A DNA stretch of 64,000 nt from 'Waltheria sp.' little leaf phytoplasma (GTDB lineage Bacteria > Bacillota_I > Bacilli_A > Acholeplasmatales > Acholeplasmataceae): positions 80,388 to 144,387 of the forward strand of contig JAUZJE010000001.1 in assembly GCA_032886695.1 (NCBI GenBank), read 5' to 3'. A program made the translations under genes and the position numbers. Below the pieces are notes generated by a model, which saw only the letters and a list, made by a program, of their open reading frames with translations, made no database searches and was not told the origin of the DNA. Positions 11,354-22,779 of the stretch are shown here, in pieces. The first letter of the stretch is position 1, and every line of letters begins with the position of its first letter.

Positions 11354-12742
11354 TTATTTACCTAAACAAAATTTCGAAAATAATTCATTAATCAAATTTT
11401 CTTGTAATTTGCTACCTAAAATATTTTCTAAAGATTGATAAGCTTCTTTTAAATGAAGCACATGTATATCTATAGGCATATTTCTTTTTATATCTTTTAA
11501 AATTTTTTTTAAAGATATAATAGCTTTTTTTAATTGATTAACTTGCCGAAGATTAAATAAATAATCGAAATTTCGCTCTTGAATATCTTGCAAATTAAAT
11601 TGTTTTATAATTTTTCTTTTTAAATTTTCTATTCCCTCTTGTGTATGATTAGAAATAAAAATAATCTGTGATTTCAATTCGGATGATAATTTAAGCTTAA
11701 TTGGCAAATCAGATTTACTACCTACAATAATTCTATTTTTATGTTTAGTCATTTCTAATAACATTAAATCTTCAGATTCTAAAATATCATGGGCATCTAA
11801 TAATAACAAAATTAATTCAGCTTCGTTTATAAATTTTTTAGCAATATTAACTCCTAAATTCTCCAAATAATCATCAGTATTACGAATTCCTGCTGTATCA
11901 ATTAAACGTAAATTAATACCATTGATAGTTACATAAACATCCAAAAAATCTCGAGTAGTTCCTGGAACATCGGATACAATAGCTCTTTCTTCTCCTAAAA
12001 AATTATTTAAAAGGCTAGATTTTCCTACATTAGGTTTACCTAAAATTAAAGTTTTAATACCTTCTTTAATAAAACGAGTTTTATAAGAATTATCTAAAAT
12101 ACTTTGCAATTTATGAATTAAAAATTCCGTTTGAGGAACAATCAAATTATTAGTAACAGTAGGTATATCATCATATTCGGGATAATCTATATTTACTTCT
12201 ACACTAACTATTAAATTTAAAATTTGTTTATTTAAATCTTGAATATTTTTAGAAATTTTTTTTTGTAAACCTGCATTAGCTAATTTGATAAACTGAATAT
12301 TTTTAGCATGAATTAAATCCATAATAGCTTCTGCTTGTAATAAATCAATTTTTTTATTTAAAAAAGCTCTTTTACTAAATTCACCTGGCTCTGCTAATCT
12401 AATAAACGGTAAAGATAAAACTCTTTCTAACACAAGTTTAGTAATTAAAGTACCTCCATGAGCTTGAATTTCGATAATATCTTCACCTGTAAAAGATCGA
12501 GGAGACCGAAAAACAGAAATTAAAACTTCATCTAAAACTTCACCTGAATGATTCAAAATAAAACCATGATGAATAGTATGAGTTGCCACTTCTAATAAAT
12601 TAATTTCTTTAATACCTTTAAAAATACTATTAATACCCTCAATGGCTTTTGATCCGCTTACACGAATTACACTAATACTACCTACGCCTAAAGGTGTAGC
12701 AATAGCTGCAATAGTTTCTTGTAAAAACATTAACTCACTCAC
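11354..12742 (-). CDS. mnmE: tRNA modification GTPase MnmE
   Basis: TIAAIATP, SFTGED, GKPNVGKSSL, GTTRD, DTAGIR, C-terminal FCLGK. Confidence 0.97.
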   Translation of the reverse strand: MSELMFLQETIAAIATPLGVGSISVIRVSGSKAIEGINSIFKGIKEINLLEVATHTIHHGFILNHSGEVLDEVLISVFRSPRSFTGEDIIEIQAHGGTLITKLVLERVLSLPFIRLAEPGEFSKRAFLNKKIDLLQAEAIMDLIHAKNIQFIKLANAGLQKKISKNIQDLNKQILNLIVSVEVNIDYPEYDDIPTVTNNLIVPQTEFLIHKLQSILDNSYKTRFIKEGIKTLILGKPNVGKSSLLNNFLGEERAIVSDVPGTTRDFLDVYVTINGINLRLIDTAGIRNTDDYLENLGVNIAKKFINEAELILLLLDAHDILESEDLMLLEMTKHKNRIIVGSKSDLPIKLKLSSELKSQIIFISNHTQEGIENLKRKIIKQFNLQDIQERNFDYLFNLRQVNQLKKAIISLKKILKDIKRNMPIDIHVLHLKEAYQSLENILGSKLQENLINELFSKFCLGK

Positions 12743-12808
12743 TTTAGTATATTTTTTTTATTATTTTAATTTTTTTTAATCAACATACCAAACAAATTAT
12801 TGTTTATA

Positions 12809-13823
12809 ATATGAATAAATTATTTATTTTTTCCTATTAAGATTTATTTTACCAATATCTGTTATCAATAATCACCATCCAAACCGAACGAAAAAGTTTC
12901 CTTTCGTCCGAATTACCCTAATTTATCTTCTTTCAAAGAATAACCGAGTATCATCTGCTCATTAATTGTTTCTTCTGATCGTTCTTTATTTCTTAAATTA
13001 TTGAATATTGTTGTATTTATTGATTAGTTATCCAACAATTTTGCATAATAAAAGAGTTTGTGTATCTCTCATTCTAATCCAATCAGAATTGCATACGGTT
13101 TTTTTGGTATGAAAAATTTAACTTTTTTTAAGTATATCTAATCCCCAGGTTTCTCTAATATCAATCTTCTGCCGAACTCTCATGATTAAATTTTCATGGC
13201 TCCTCAAAGAGGTTTTTTGGCAACTAAATAGTTCGGATGAAAAATCAGAAATTATTAGTTAGCTAAAACCACAAATATTTAATTACCGATATTTTTATAG
13301 ATAATGTTATTAATATATTCGCGATGTTATTGCTCAATTTTTAGAATTTTAATATCGTAAATGGTTATTTTTATGTTCCACAAATATTGTTGGTTACAAA
13401 ATAAATCCAATTTTTAGCGAGTATTTATCAGTTTTATCAGATTATTAACCCCACATCGCATTCTCATTTGATATTTTGATTATTTAAAAAATGTTTTTCT
13501 ATAAAGACAAATTAACCTTATTTTTAAAAAAATGATTAACTTAATAATTCTGCATTAAGTTATAATCATCTGACTATTAAAAAAATTGAGTATAAGGAAT
13601 TTTATCTAATTATTGGTTAATTTAATAATCTAAATTTGGTTAATCTAGTTAATCATAAATATCAAATCGAATTACTTAGAGGAAAGTTAAGCTTTTTAAA
13701 AAATGGTTAAATTCCAATTTTTGAAATTTTGTTACTCTTTGTTATTAATTATAAAGAATTGTTATTGCCCTCGCAATGTGGTGATTGGTTAAGTCAAGAG
13801 ATATTTATATTTCTTTGGTTTTC
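12809..13823 (-). pseudogene. Degenerate full-length group II intron overlapping the 3' end of nrnA
   Basis: Domain V-like hairpin AATTCGGACGAAAGGAAACTTTTTCGTTCGGTTT (12914-12881) with the AGC triad lost. 3' end AATAATTTATTCATAT versus AATAATCTATCCATAT in the intact sibling. 5' end similarity CCAAA..TAAATATC..TTAACCAAT. Confidence 0.7.
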
Positions 13824-14801
13824 ATAATCTTTAATAGAATTTTTAGCCAATTTAATAACTTGATTAATTTCTTGTTGATTATAAACATTCATACCACAAG
13901 CACGAAAATGCCCTCCACCATTAAATTGATGAGCGATATGATTAATTTCAGGTCCTATCGAACGTATACTTATCTTCCAATAATTTTTAATTTTATTTTC
14001 TATTATAAATAACCATACAGGATATCCTTGAATATTATGAAAAATATTAACTACACTATTAATATCTTCGAATTTCAATTTAAATTTTTCAATAATATCA
14101 TGAGTAATCTTAATATAAATTAAACCATCTTCAGCAATAAAATTACTACATACAAATCCTTTAAATCTTAATATATTAATAGGTTGAACAGTGATTTTAG
14201 TATCAATTTGAAAAGCATCAAAACCATAACGTAACAAATCAGAAACAATTTGTAAAGTTTTATAATTTACTCTATCAAAACGAAAATGACCAGTATCTGT
14301 AACCATACCAATATAAATAGGTAAAGCACCTTTGATACTCAAATTTAAATTATTAACTTCTTTAAAAGTATAAATCATTTCCGAACAAGAAGAAAAACTT
14401 GGATCAATCCAAGAATTTTGTTCATCTCCGTAAATTTCTCCTATTAAATGATGATCAATACGTATAATTTTTTTAGCTATTTTATATCTAACATCACTAA
14501 TTACATTAGTATTTCCGCAATCCACTACAATAGCTAAAGATTGAGATATAACATCATCATCAATTTCATCCATTAAACCTAAAAACGAAAAAATAGGATT
14601 ATTTTCGCCTAAAGTATAAACTTTTTTATTAGGAAAACTTTGTTGAATAATATCTTTCAATCCTAATTGAGAACCGTAACAATCTCCATCGGGATTTTTA
14701 TGACCAAATATAGTAATAATATCAAATTCATTTATATTGTTAAGAATTACATGATTTATAGATATTGTATCGGTATTAATTTGTATCACATTTTGATTCA
14801 T
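13794..14801 (-). CDS. nrnA: DHH-family nanoRNase / PAP phosphatase NrnA
   Basis: HKNPDGD, VVDC, IDHH, TDTG, GGGHFRACG motifs. Confidence 0.92.
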   Translation of the reverse strand: MNQNVIQINTDTISINHVILNNINEFDIITIFGHKNPDGDCYGSQLGLKDIIQQSFPNKKVYTLGENNPIFSFLGLMDEIDDDVISQSLAIVVDCGNTNVISDVRYKIAKKIIRIDHHLIGEIYGDEQNSWIDPSFSSCSEMIYTFKEVNNLNLSIKGALPIYIGMVTDTGHFRFDRVNYKTLQIVSDLLRYGFDAFQIDTKITVQPINILRFKGFVCSNFIAEDGLIYIKITHDIIEKFKLKFEDINSVVNIFHNIQGYPVWLFIIENKIKNYWKISIRSIGPEINHIAHQFNGGGHFRACGMNVYNQQEINQVIKLAKNSIKDYENQRNINIS

Positions 14802-14850
14802 TTTTTTTATTCTCCTCCTATATTAGTTAAATTAAATCTTTTTTAAAACA

Positions 14851-16572
14851 TTAATTATGAGAAATCCTTGTATAAGCTTCCATAAATAAAAAATTTATTT
14901 TTTGTTTTAAATTAATTGTTTGGTTATCAATAGCTAAAATTTCTGTAAACAAATCATTTAATATCGAGCGAAAAAAAACTACATCAGTAAAAATAGGTGT
15001 CGTGAAATAAGTATCTTTATTGTTATTATCATAAGTATGTTCTTGAGCGAATTTAACCGATTTAAATTTATACAATGCTCGTCTTTTATTTTTTTGATCT
15101 CCTATTGCTTTTGGATTTTGCTTATCAATAATATTATTTTTATCGCACAAATAATTTTCCAATGTTTGAATTTGTTCATCAACAAAATTTTTTCCATTAG
15201 AAGTCTTGGAATTTTTTAAAGTATTTAAAACATCTTCACGAGTAATAATAAAACCGCCTTTGCCTAACAACATATCCATATAAACATCTTTAGAAATCAA
15301 ATACTTCAAAAATAACCAAGAAGCTAACATTTTATCATTATCTTCCGAATAAAATAAATTAACATTAGGACCTTGAATAATATTTTTATATTGATCGGTA
15401 TAACTCATACAAGGAAAAGGAGTCATTTCTATATTAAAATCTGATACTTGATTATGTAATAAATCAGATCGTCTGGTAGAAGTGATAAACATACCAGTTT
15501 TACGTTGCATAAACATTTCTTTACTACTAATACCAATTAATTTAGAACTAGTTAAAAAACCTTTATTATAAAAATTTTCTTTAAAATATTGCATATTATT
15601 TTTAACATTTTCATCTAACAAAAAACTCTTAATTTCATTTTCATCTTTTGGATAAGAAATCCCTTTTTGTTCGTTACTAATAATAATTAAATTAGCTAAA
15701 CTTTCCGATGTAATAGGGATAAAAGTTGGATCTTTTTTGAGTTCAATCAATTTAGCACAAAAAGTTTCTAAATAAGGCCAAATCAAATAATCTTTATTGA
15801 CTTTTAAAACTTTAAAATCAAATTTTCCTTGAGAATCAATAATTTCAGAACACTCATCTTTAAAATCTACCTTATGTTTTTCATAAAAACATTTATTCAA
15901 ATCATCACGATATTGTTTAAATAAATCGCTATCATAAAACATAACTTCTGTAGATTTAACAAATGGTAGACTATAATAATGAGGTTGTCCGTCATAAACA
16001 TTAGACAATTTTAATTTTTTGGCATAACCTTTAAAAAAACTATATTTATTTTTATGTTTAGAAGTATTAAGAAAATCATCATCATAATCTATAAAAATAT
16101 CTAATGGTACTACTTTAAATGATTTAGAATAAAATTCAATATGATCATCATAAGAAAATGCAATGTTAGGTTGTTTATTAACGGGTAAAGAATTAGCAAC
16201 ACTTTTACAAATTTGTTCCCAATTAACCTTATTAACATCTTTAATTTTAATATTAGGGTTATGTTGTTCAAATTCTTTAATAGATAATTTAATAATTTCT
16301 AACTCTCTAGGATATAAGTTGTGCCAAAAAATAATTTCTACAGGCTTTTTAAGATTTTTAAAATAATTAACTTGAGATTCATGATTGTGAAATTTTTGAC
16401 TAATTTCATCTCTTAAATCATCATATCTTTGAGAAAAAAATTCGTTATTTTGGGAAGCTCGAAAATAGTTAGATGTTATGATAAAAATAGCAATAGCACT
16501 AAAATATATAAATATTTTGCCCACATTACCAATATTTAAAATTTTAGATTTTAAATTAACCTTTAATACCAC
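14851..16572 (-). CDS. Sugar (maltose/glycerol-3-phosphate type) ABC transporter solute-binding protein
   Basis: N-terminal TM anchor, EIIFWH, YSLPFVKSTEVMFY, ASWLFLKYL; last gene of a CUT1 operon. Confidence 0.85.
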   Translation of the reverse strand: MVLKVNLKSKILNIGNVGKIFIYFSAIAIFIITSNYFRASQNNEFFSQRYDDLRDEISQKFHNHESQVNYFKNLKKPVEIIFWHNLYPRELEIIKLSIKEFEQHNPNIKIKDVNKVNWEQICKSVANSLPVNKQPNIAFSYDDHIEFYSKSFKVVPLDIFIDYDDDFLNTSKHKNKYSFFKGYAKKLKLSNVYDGQPHYYSLPFVKSTEVMFYDSDLFKQYRDDLNKCFYEKHKVDFKDECSEIIDSQGKFDFKVLKVNKDYLIWPYLETFCAKLIELKKDPTFIPITSESLANLIIISNEQKGISYPKDENEIKSFLLDENVKNNMQYFKENFYNKGFLTSSKLIGISSKEMFMQRKTGMFITSTRRSDLLHNQVSDFNIEMTPFPCMSYTDQYKNIIQGPNVNLFYSEDNDKMLASWLFLKYLISKDVYMDMLLGKGGFIITREDVLNTLKNSKTSNGKNFVDEQIQTLENYLCDKNNIIDKQNPKAIGDQKNKRRALYKFKSVKFAQEHTYDNNNKDTYFTTPIFTDVVFFRSILNDLFTEILAIDNQTINLKQKINFLFMEAYTRISHN

Positions 16573-17473
16573 GTCGACTATCTCCAGATATAATATATTT
16601 TTTAAAAATAATAAATAAAAATAATAGAGGCAAATTTATTAAAACAAAAATAGCCATTTGAAGATTTAAAGTATCCGTAACAGATTCTGAATCAAAAATT
16701 TTTCTTATCATATTAGTTAATAACTTCGCACCAACCAACTCTGGCCAAGCATAAGCATTCCAAGCTGCTATAGTTCTGAAAACAGCAATTACAATAACAG
16801 TAGGTTTTGTTATAGGTAATAAAATTTTCCATAAATATTGCAAATTATTAACGCCATCCACTTTAGCTGTATAGTATAATTCTTTCGGAACACGTTTAAA
16901 AGTTTGAATTAACAAAAATAAATGTACTACACTAATCAAATAAGGAAAAGTCATAGCGAAATAAACACCACCAGGAATAATAGAACCATTACCATTATCA
17001 ACTAAACCCAAATTAGAAACAGTACGAAAATTAGTCAAAATTAAAGTTTCACTTGTAATTGACATAGCTAAAAACAATAACATTAAAATAATTCTTTTTA
17101 AAGGAAAAACAAAAAAACTTAGAGCAAAAGCAGCTAAAACACAACAAATAGTTCCCGATAAAGTAGAAAAAGATACCATAATACAAGTATTTATGAAATA
17201 TTTTAAAAATTTAAAATCTTTAAGAGCGAAAATATTTTTATAATTAATAAATTGCAAACCTTGTTTAGGCCAACTTAATAAATTATTTTCTACAATATCT
17301 TTATGACTTTTCAAAGAAGTGATAACCATTACATAAAAAGGAAATGTTAAAAATAATAAAATTGATATCAAAAACAAATATTTAATAATAGTGAAATAGC
17401 TTATTTTACCTAACTTATGTTTAATATTACAAATATTGGCGCTTATAAAACGATAAATCTTATTAATATCCAT
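16556..17473 (-). CDS. Sugar ABC transporter permease (MalG/UgpE type)
   Basis: EAA-like motif PKELYYTAKVDG and WNAYAWP. Confidence 0.9.
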   Translation of the reverse strand: MDINKIYRFISANICNIKHKLGKISYFTIIKYLFLISILLFLTFPFYVMVITSLKSHKDIVENNLLSWPKQGLQFINYKNIFALKDFKFLKYFINTCIMVSFSTLSGTICCVLAAFALSFFVFPLKRIILMLLFLAMSITSETLILTNFRTVSNLGLVDNGNGSIIPGGVYFAMTFPYLISVVHLFLLIQTFKRVPKELYYTAKVDGVNNLQYLWKILLPITKPTVIVIAVFRTIAAWNAYAWPELVGAKLLTNMIRKIFDSESVTDTLNLQMAIFVLINLPLLFLFIIFKKYIISGDSRRGIKG

Positions 17474-17484
17474 ATAAATAATTA

Positions 17485-18438
17485 TTACAAATCCACTTTC
17501 ATCAATTTATTTTCTTTGTTAGAAATATAAAAACTCATAGTAGTAAAAACAACAGAAATTAATAATAATATCGTAGCAGCAGCTGCCCCTTTAGAATAAG
17601 AATTATAATGAGAACTAGATAATTGATTATAAATATAACCTACTAAAGTTTGTACTCGATAATTAGCGTTCCTACCAAAAACACCTATAACAGATTCATA
17701 TTCTTTGATAACCATTAAAGTTTCAATTATTAATTGATAAAAAATAGTCGAAGCCAATAAAGGTAAAACTATTTTTGTCAAAATACGAAACTTAGAAGCT
17801 CCATCAATTTTTGCTGCATCGTAATAAGATTTATCAATATCTTGCAAAGATAAAATAAAAACAAAAATTTTAAAAGGTAATCTAGCCCATATATTATAAA
17901 AAACTAAAACAAAAATTTTATGAGAATAAGGAGCAGAAATGTTGATCCAAGGTTGAGGTTTAATACCAAAAAAACCTAAAAAAGAATTAAATAATCCTTC
18001 TGGTCTAACCGCGCTAGTAGTATTGTAATAAAAAAAAGAACCAAAAATCATACTCATAATAATAGTATTCGATAACAAAGGTAATAAAAAAAATGTTTTA
18101 AAAAAATGTTGCACTACATAATTACGAACACTATTTAAAGCTAAAGCGATAATTAAAGATAAAAAAATAGATATTGGTACACAAATAATTACTAGAAGAA
18201 GAGTATTTCGTAATGCAAAAACAAAATCTACATCTTTAAAAATAGAAATATAATTATTTAAACTAAAAAAATCATAAAGCTTCATGCTAAAAGAATCGTT
18301 AAATTTATCATATTTAGCATTAAAAGAGATAATAACATTTTTAACTAAAGGATAAAAAGTAAAAACAGTTAAAAACACCAACATAGGCGATAAATAATAC
18401 CAATGTCTATGATTTTTATGCCCCATATTTTCTAACAT
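17485..18438 (-). CDS. Sugar ABC transporter permease (MalF/UgpA type)
   Basis: IDKSYYDAAKIDGAS EAA motif and multiple TM segments. Confidence 0.9.
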   Translation of the reverse strand: MLENMGHKNHRHWYYLSPMLVFLTVFTFYPLVKNVIISFNAKYDKFNDSFSMKLYDFFSLNNYISIFKDVDFVFALRNTLLLVIICVPISIFLSLIIALALNSVRNYVVQHFFKTFFLLPLLSNTIIMSMIFGSFFYYNTTSAVRPEGLFNSFLGFFGIKPQPWINISAPYSHKIFVLVFYNIWARLPFKIFVFILSLQDIDKSYYDAAKIDGASKFRILTKIVLPLLASTIFYQLIIETLMVIKEYESVIGVFGRNANYRVQTLVGYIYNQLSSSHYNSYSKGAAAATILLLISVVFTTMSFYISNKENKLMKVDL

Positions 18439-19536
18439 TTAAAAAATCCTATTTTCATTAATTTTATCAAAAACAAATAATTTATTTTTTTTAATATCAA
18501 AACGAATTTTTTGTTTATTAATTTTATTAGCATTTAATTGCTCTTGTTGGTAAGTAGGTATAATAACTTGAAATGTCTTATAAATAGATTCAGTTTTTTT
18601 TGCTAATAAAACTAATTCGCGACCTAAATTTTCTAAAGCTATACCCTCAATTTCGAAAATTCCATCTTGTTTCAATTCATAACCTTCAGGTCGGATAGCA
18701 ACATAAACTTCTTTATTATTAAATGATTGAAAACGTTGATCTTTTAAAATAACATTTTTGCCTACTTTTAAATTACCACAATGAAGCATACCATTAAAGA
18801 CAGAAATAAGAGGAACACCCAAAAAAGAAGCTACAAACAAATTAACAGGATTATTATAAATTTCATGCGGAGTACCACATTGCTGAATAGTACCTCTATT
18901 CATAACATAAATCTTATCACTCATATACATAGCTTCTTCTTGATCATGAGTGACTAAAACAGCAGTTACATTAGTTTTTATTTGTATTTTACGTATTTCA
19001 TCTCTCATCCTAATACGCAAATGAGTATCTAAATTAGATAAAGCTTCATCTAACAATAATATACCAGAATATTTAATTAAAGCTCTAGCAATAGCTACAC
19101 GTTGTTGTTGGCCTCCAGATAATTCAAAAGGCATTTTATCTAAATAATCACTAGTAGATGTTAAAGCAGAAATTTTATCTAATTCTTCTTGAATTTTTTT
19201 GGAAGATACTTTTAAATTTTGCAAAGGAAAAGTAATATTTTGGCGCGCAGTCATATGAGGATATAAAGAATAATTTTGAAATACTAAACCCACACCTCTT
19301 TTTTCTGGAGGAACTTTTGTGACGTCAACATTGTCAAAAAAAATATTACCTTCAGTAACCGAAATTAAACCTGCTATGATATAAAGAATAGTTGATTTAC
19401 CACAACCTGAAGGACCTAAAATACTTACTAATTCTCCTTTTTCAATTTCCAAATTAATGTTTTTAACTGCGAAAGTTTTTTTATGATTATGTTTATTAAC
19501 AAAAACTTTAGAAACATTTGACATTTTAATAAACAT
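18439..19536 (-). CDS. malK: Sugar ABC transporter ATPase (MalK/UgpC type)
   Basis: GPSGCGKST, VFQNYSLYPHM, LSGGQQQRVA, VTHDQEEA. Confidence 0.92.
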   Translation of the reverse strand: MFIKMSNVSKVFVNKHNHKKTFAVKNINLEIEKGELVSILGPSGCGKSTILYIIAGLISVTEGNIFFDNVDVTKVPPEKRGVGLVFQNYSLYPHMTARQNITFPLQNLKVSSKKIQEELDKISALTSTSDYLDKMPFELSGGQQQRVAIARALIKYSGILLLDEALSNLDTHLRIRMRDEIRKIQIKTNVTAVLVTHDQEEAMYMSDKIYVMNRGTIQQCGTPHEIYNNPVNLFVASFLGVPLISVFNGMLHCGNLKVGKNVILKDQRFQSFNNKEVYVAIRPEGYELKQDGIFEIEGIALENLGRELVLLAKKTESIYKTFQVIIPTYQQEQLNANKINKQKIRFDIKKNKLFVFDKINENRIF

Positions 19537-19594
19537 GCTTTTTATATAACCTCTTTTAATTTTGTTTTTTAGAATTTTTTATTAAAAAGAAATG

Positions 19595-20991
19595 TTAAAA
19601 AATATTATAATAACTTCTAGGAAAGGCGATAACATCCCTTATATTTTCTAAACCTGTTAAATAAAGTAGCATACGTTCAAAACCTAAACCAAATCCAGAA
19701 TGAATACAACTACCAAAACGACGTAAATCTAAATACCAATCTAAATCTATTGTATTTATTTGCATTTCGCGCATTTTATTTTCTAAAATTTTCAATCTTT
19801 CTTCTCTTTGGGAACCACCTACTAATTCTCCTACTTTTGGAACTAATAAATCCATACCTGCAACTGTTTCATTATCATCATTATTACGCATATAAAAAGC
19901 CTTAATATTTTTAGGCCAATTTGTCACAAAAATAGGTTTTTTGAAAACAACTTCTGTCAAATATTTTTCATGTTCTGTAGATAAATCCGAACCATAAATA
20001 GGTTTTTGTTCAAAATCAAAAGAACTTTTATCAAGAAGATTAATAGCCTCTTTATAAGTAATTATTGGAAAATCTTTAAGATTAACAACATAATTTAATC
20101 TATTGATTAAACCAGGTTCAATATTTTTATCAAAAAAATCTAAATCAGATTTATTTTTTCGTAAACAAAAATTAATCACATACTGTAACATTTGTTTAAC
20201 TAAAATAATACTCGATGACAAATCATAAAAAGCCATTTCTGCTTCGATCATCCAAAACTCAGAAATATGACGAGAAGTATTAGATTTTTCTGCTCTAAAA
20301 GTAGGAGAAAAAGTATAAACTTTTTTTAAAGCTGTTGCAAAAGCTTCAGCTTCTAACTGCCCTGTTACAGCTAAAAAAACAGGTTTCCCAAAAAAATCTC
20401 TTTTAAAATCAATAATCTTTTTATTTGATAAATTTTGAAGATCAAAACTCGTTACTTGAAATAAAGACCCAGCTCCTTCGCCATCATTAGTAGTAATAAT
20501 AGGGGTATGAATATTAATAAAACCTTTATTTTGAAAAAAATTATGTATAGCAAAAGTCACAGTATTACGTAACCTAAAAACAGCACCAAAAAGTTTTGTT
20601 CTTAATCGTAAATGAGGTAATTGTCTTAAAAAAGCTCTAGAATGCGGTTTTGGTTGAATAGGATATTTTATAGAACTAGAACCTAAAATAACAAAACGAG
20701 AGGCAACAAATTCTAAATTTCTAATAGAAGAATTCTTCAAAGGCATCAAAATACCCTCTATATAAACAGAAGCACCAATATTAAGTTCATTTTTAATTTT
20801 TTTTAAACAAATAAATTCATTATCTTTACAAATAACTTGTAAATCTTCAATAAAAGAACCATCATTAATATCAACAAAAAAAATATTTTTTTGAAAACGA
20901 CAATTTTTTATCCAACCATTAATAGAAATTTTTTTTTTAAATATAAAGAATATTTTTCATAAATATTTTTAATAGTTTTGTTAGTCAACAT
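19595..20991 (-). CDS. asnS: Asparagine--tRNA ligase, frameshifted in an A10 tract as assembled
   Basis: [34 protein letters not shown]. The N-terminal OB-fold (ISINGWIK...DINDGS) is in frame from 20929, while the ATG at 20991 is in another frame. Confidence 0.93.
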
Positions 20992-21927
20992 ACCAAATAT
21001 AATATATCTCTTTCAATAAATTTCTCTCAATAATATGAATATTGAAATTAAGTTTTTAATTATAAATTTAAAAATAATCATACCAAAATAAAATTAATTA
21101 AAAAAATAATAAATTTTATCTTTTTATTTAATTTTATAAATTAAAACAGCAACCAATATACAAGGAAATTTGTATCTTCTTTTAATTATGAATATCTTTA
21201 CTATTGTTAGTCGAAACAAATTATGACTAATTTATTTTATCACGTTATCATCTTTTTTATCTTTGAAAAATTTATTAATTTTATTTAATCAAATTTTGGT
21301 AATAAATATCAATAATAAATATAAAAAAAATGCTTATATTTTTATCTTGCAAATTTTTTTGAAAATCTAATTTGAAAAAAAATATATTCAATAGAAAATC
21401 TCTTATATATTTATAAAAATTAATAAATATAATTAATAATCTGGATAAAAAATAATAACTAATAAATTGTTGAAATTCGATAAAAATAATAAAATAAAAT
21501 TTTATTACAAAAATAAAAAACCAAAAAAATTTTAATAATTACAAAAAAGTAAAATAATATAATTTAAACTAATTACTACAAACTATAGTAATTTCATATT
21601 AGAATTATATAATTTTTACATCAAATGTCAAGAAAAAATTAAATAAATATACTTATATAATAGTTAAAAATAAAAATATGTAATTTTTTTTAACTTTTAA
21701 ATTTAACTTACTTTCGATTTTAAACCGAAATAAAAGATAAATTAAGCACTTTTAAATGAATTTTAAATAAAAATTAACTTCTAATATCATAATTACAAAA
21801 TATGTTATAATTAAAAAGTTGATATTATTTTTTTGAATATTAAAATGTTCATTTTAATAAAATCATTTCCATAAATATAAAATAAGATTTTATAAATTAA
21901 AATGCAAATTTCTTATAAATAATTAAA

Positions 21928-22500
21928 GACACAAAAATACCTAAATATCAAATAATCTCACCAATTACCAGTACTGATATAAAAATAAACAATTATCAGC
22001 AACTATAGCCATTCTTAAAAACTGATCACTCTTAAAAGCTGGTTAAAACAAAGTAATTAGTCAAAAAGACATATTATCCAAATAATTCTAAAAAGATTAT
22101 TTAGAAGAAAATAAGAAGATCGCTACGAATACAAGAATAAATTTTCTAAGAAATCAAGATTTTAGATTTAGATTATTGAATTAACCAATAATAAGATAAA
22201 AATCATAAGTGCTGACAATAAAAAGACTTTTTTATTAGTAACCGGAAGTTTTAAAGTTAATAGAGAATCATTATTTAAAAGTTAATAAAAAATCATTAAA
22301 TAACTCTCTCTTTCTCGAAAAAAAGGCTAAAAGAAATGATAGGGCGAAAGAAGTCAGTAATTTATGGTTAATAAACTTACTGGTTCGGTTAAAAATAAGA
22401 CTTGTTTATAATAGATATCAGAAAAATAAATCTAGTTATTGGAATGAAAATTTAGGAAACTTTTTTATTTTATTTAGAGAGTGTTATTTGTAATAAATAC
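21928..22500 (+). pseudogene. Decayed 5' half of a group II intron
   Basis: ACCTAAATATC..ACCAATTACCAGT resembles the intron 5' end. ATAGGGCGAAAGAAGTCAGTAATTTAT (22339-22365) is identical to the inner intron at 734-708. Boundaries approximate. Confidence 0.7.
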
Positions 22501-22779
22501 CAAAAACATAAATAATCTATTACTATTATTAAATAAAAATTAAAATTTTTAAATCATGTTAAATTTATTTCATATTCAAATAAAAAATAACCTTAACGAA
22601 AGATATTATTTTTTTAATAATTATTTGAATTGATAATTATAAATAAAAAACGTAAAAATAAAAAATACATTTTTTTAATTAATAATATTAATAAAAAAAT
22701 CTTATGAAACTTATAAAGATTTAAATAAACTTTTAATAAAAACAAAATGATGAAAAAATTTTAAATATAAGGATTTTAT

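Noticed and set aside
21149-21184. Hairpin ATACAAG-GAAA-TTTGTAT resembling a group II domain V remnant
   Set aside because: No AGC triad, no lower stem and no domain VI; too weak in an AT-rich background.
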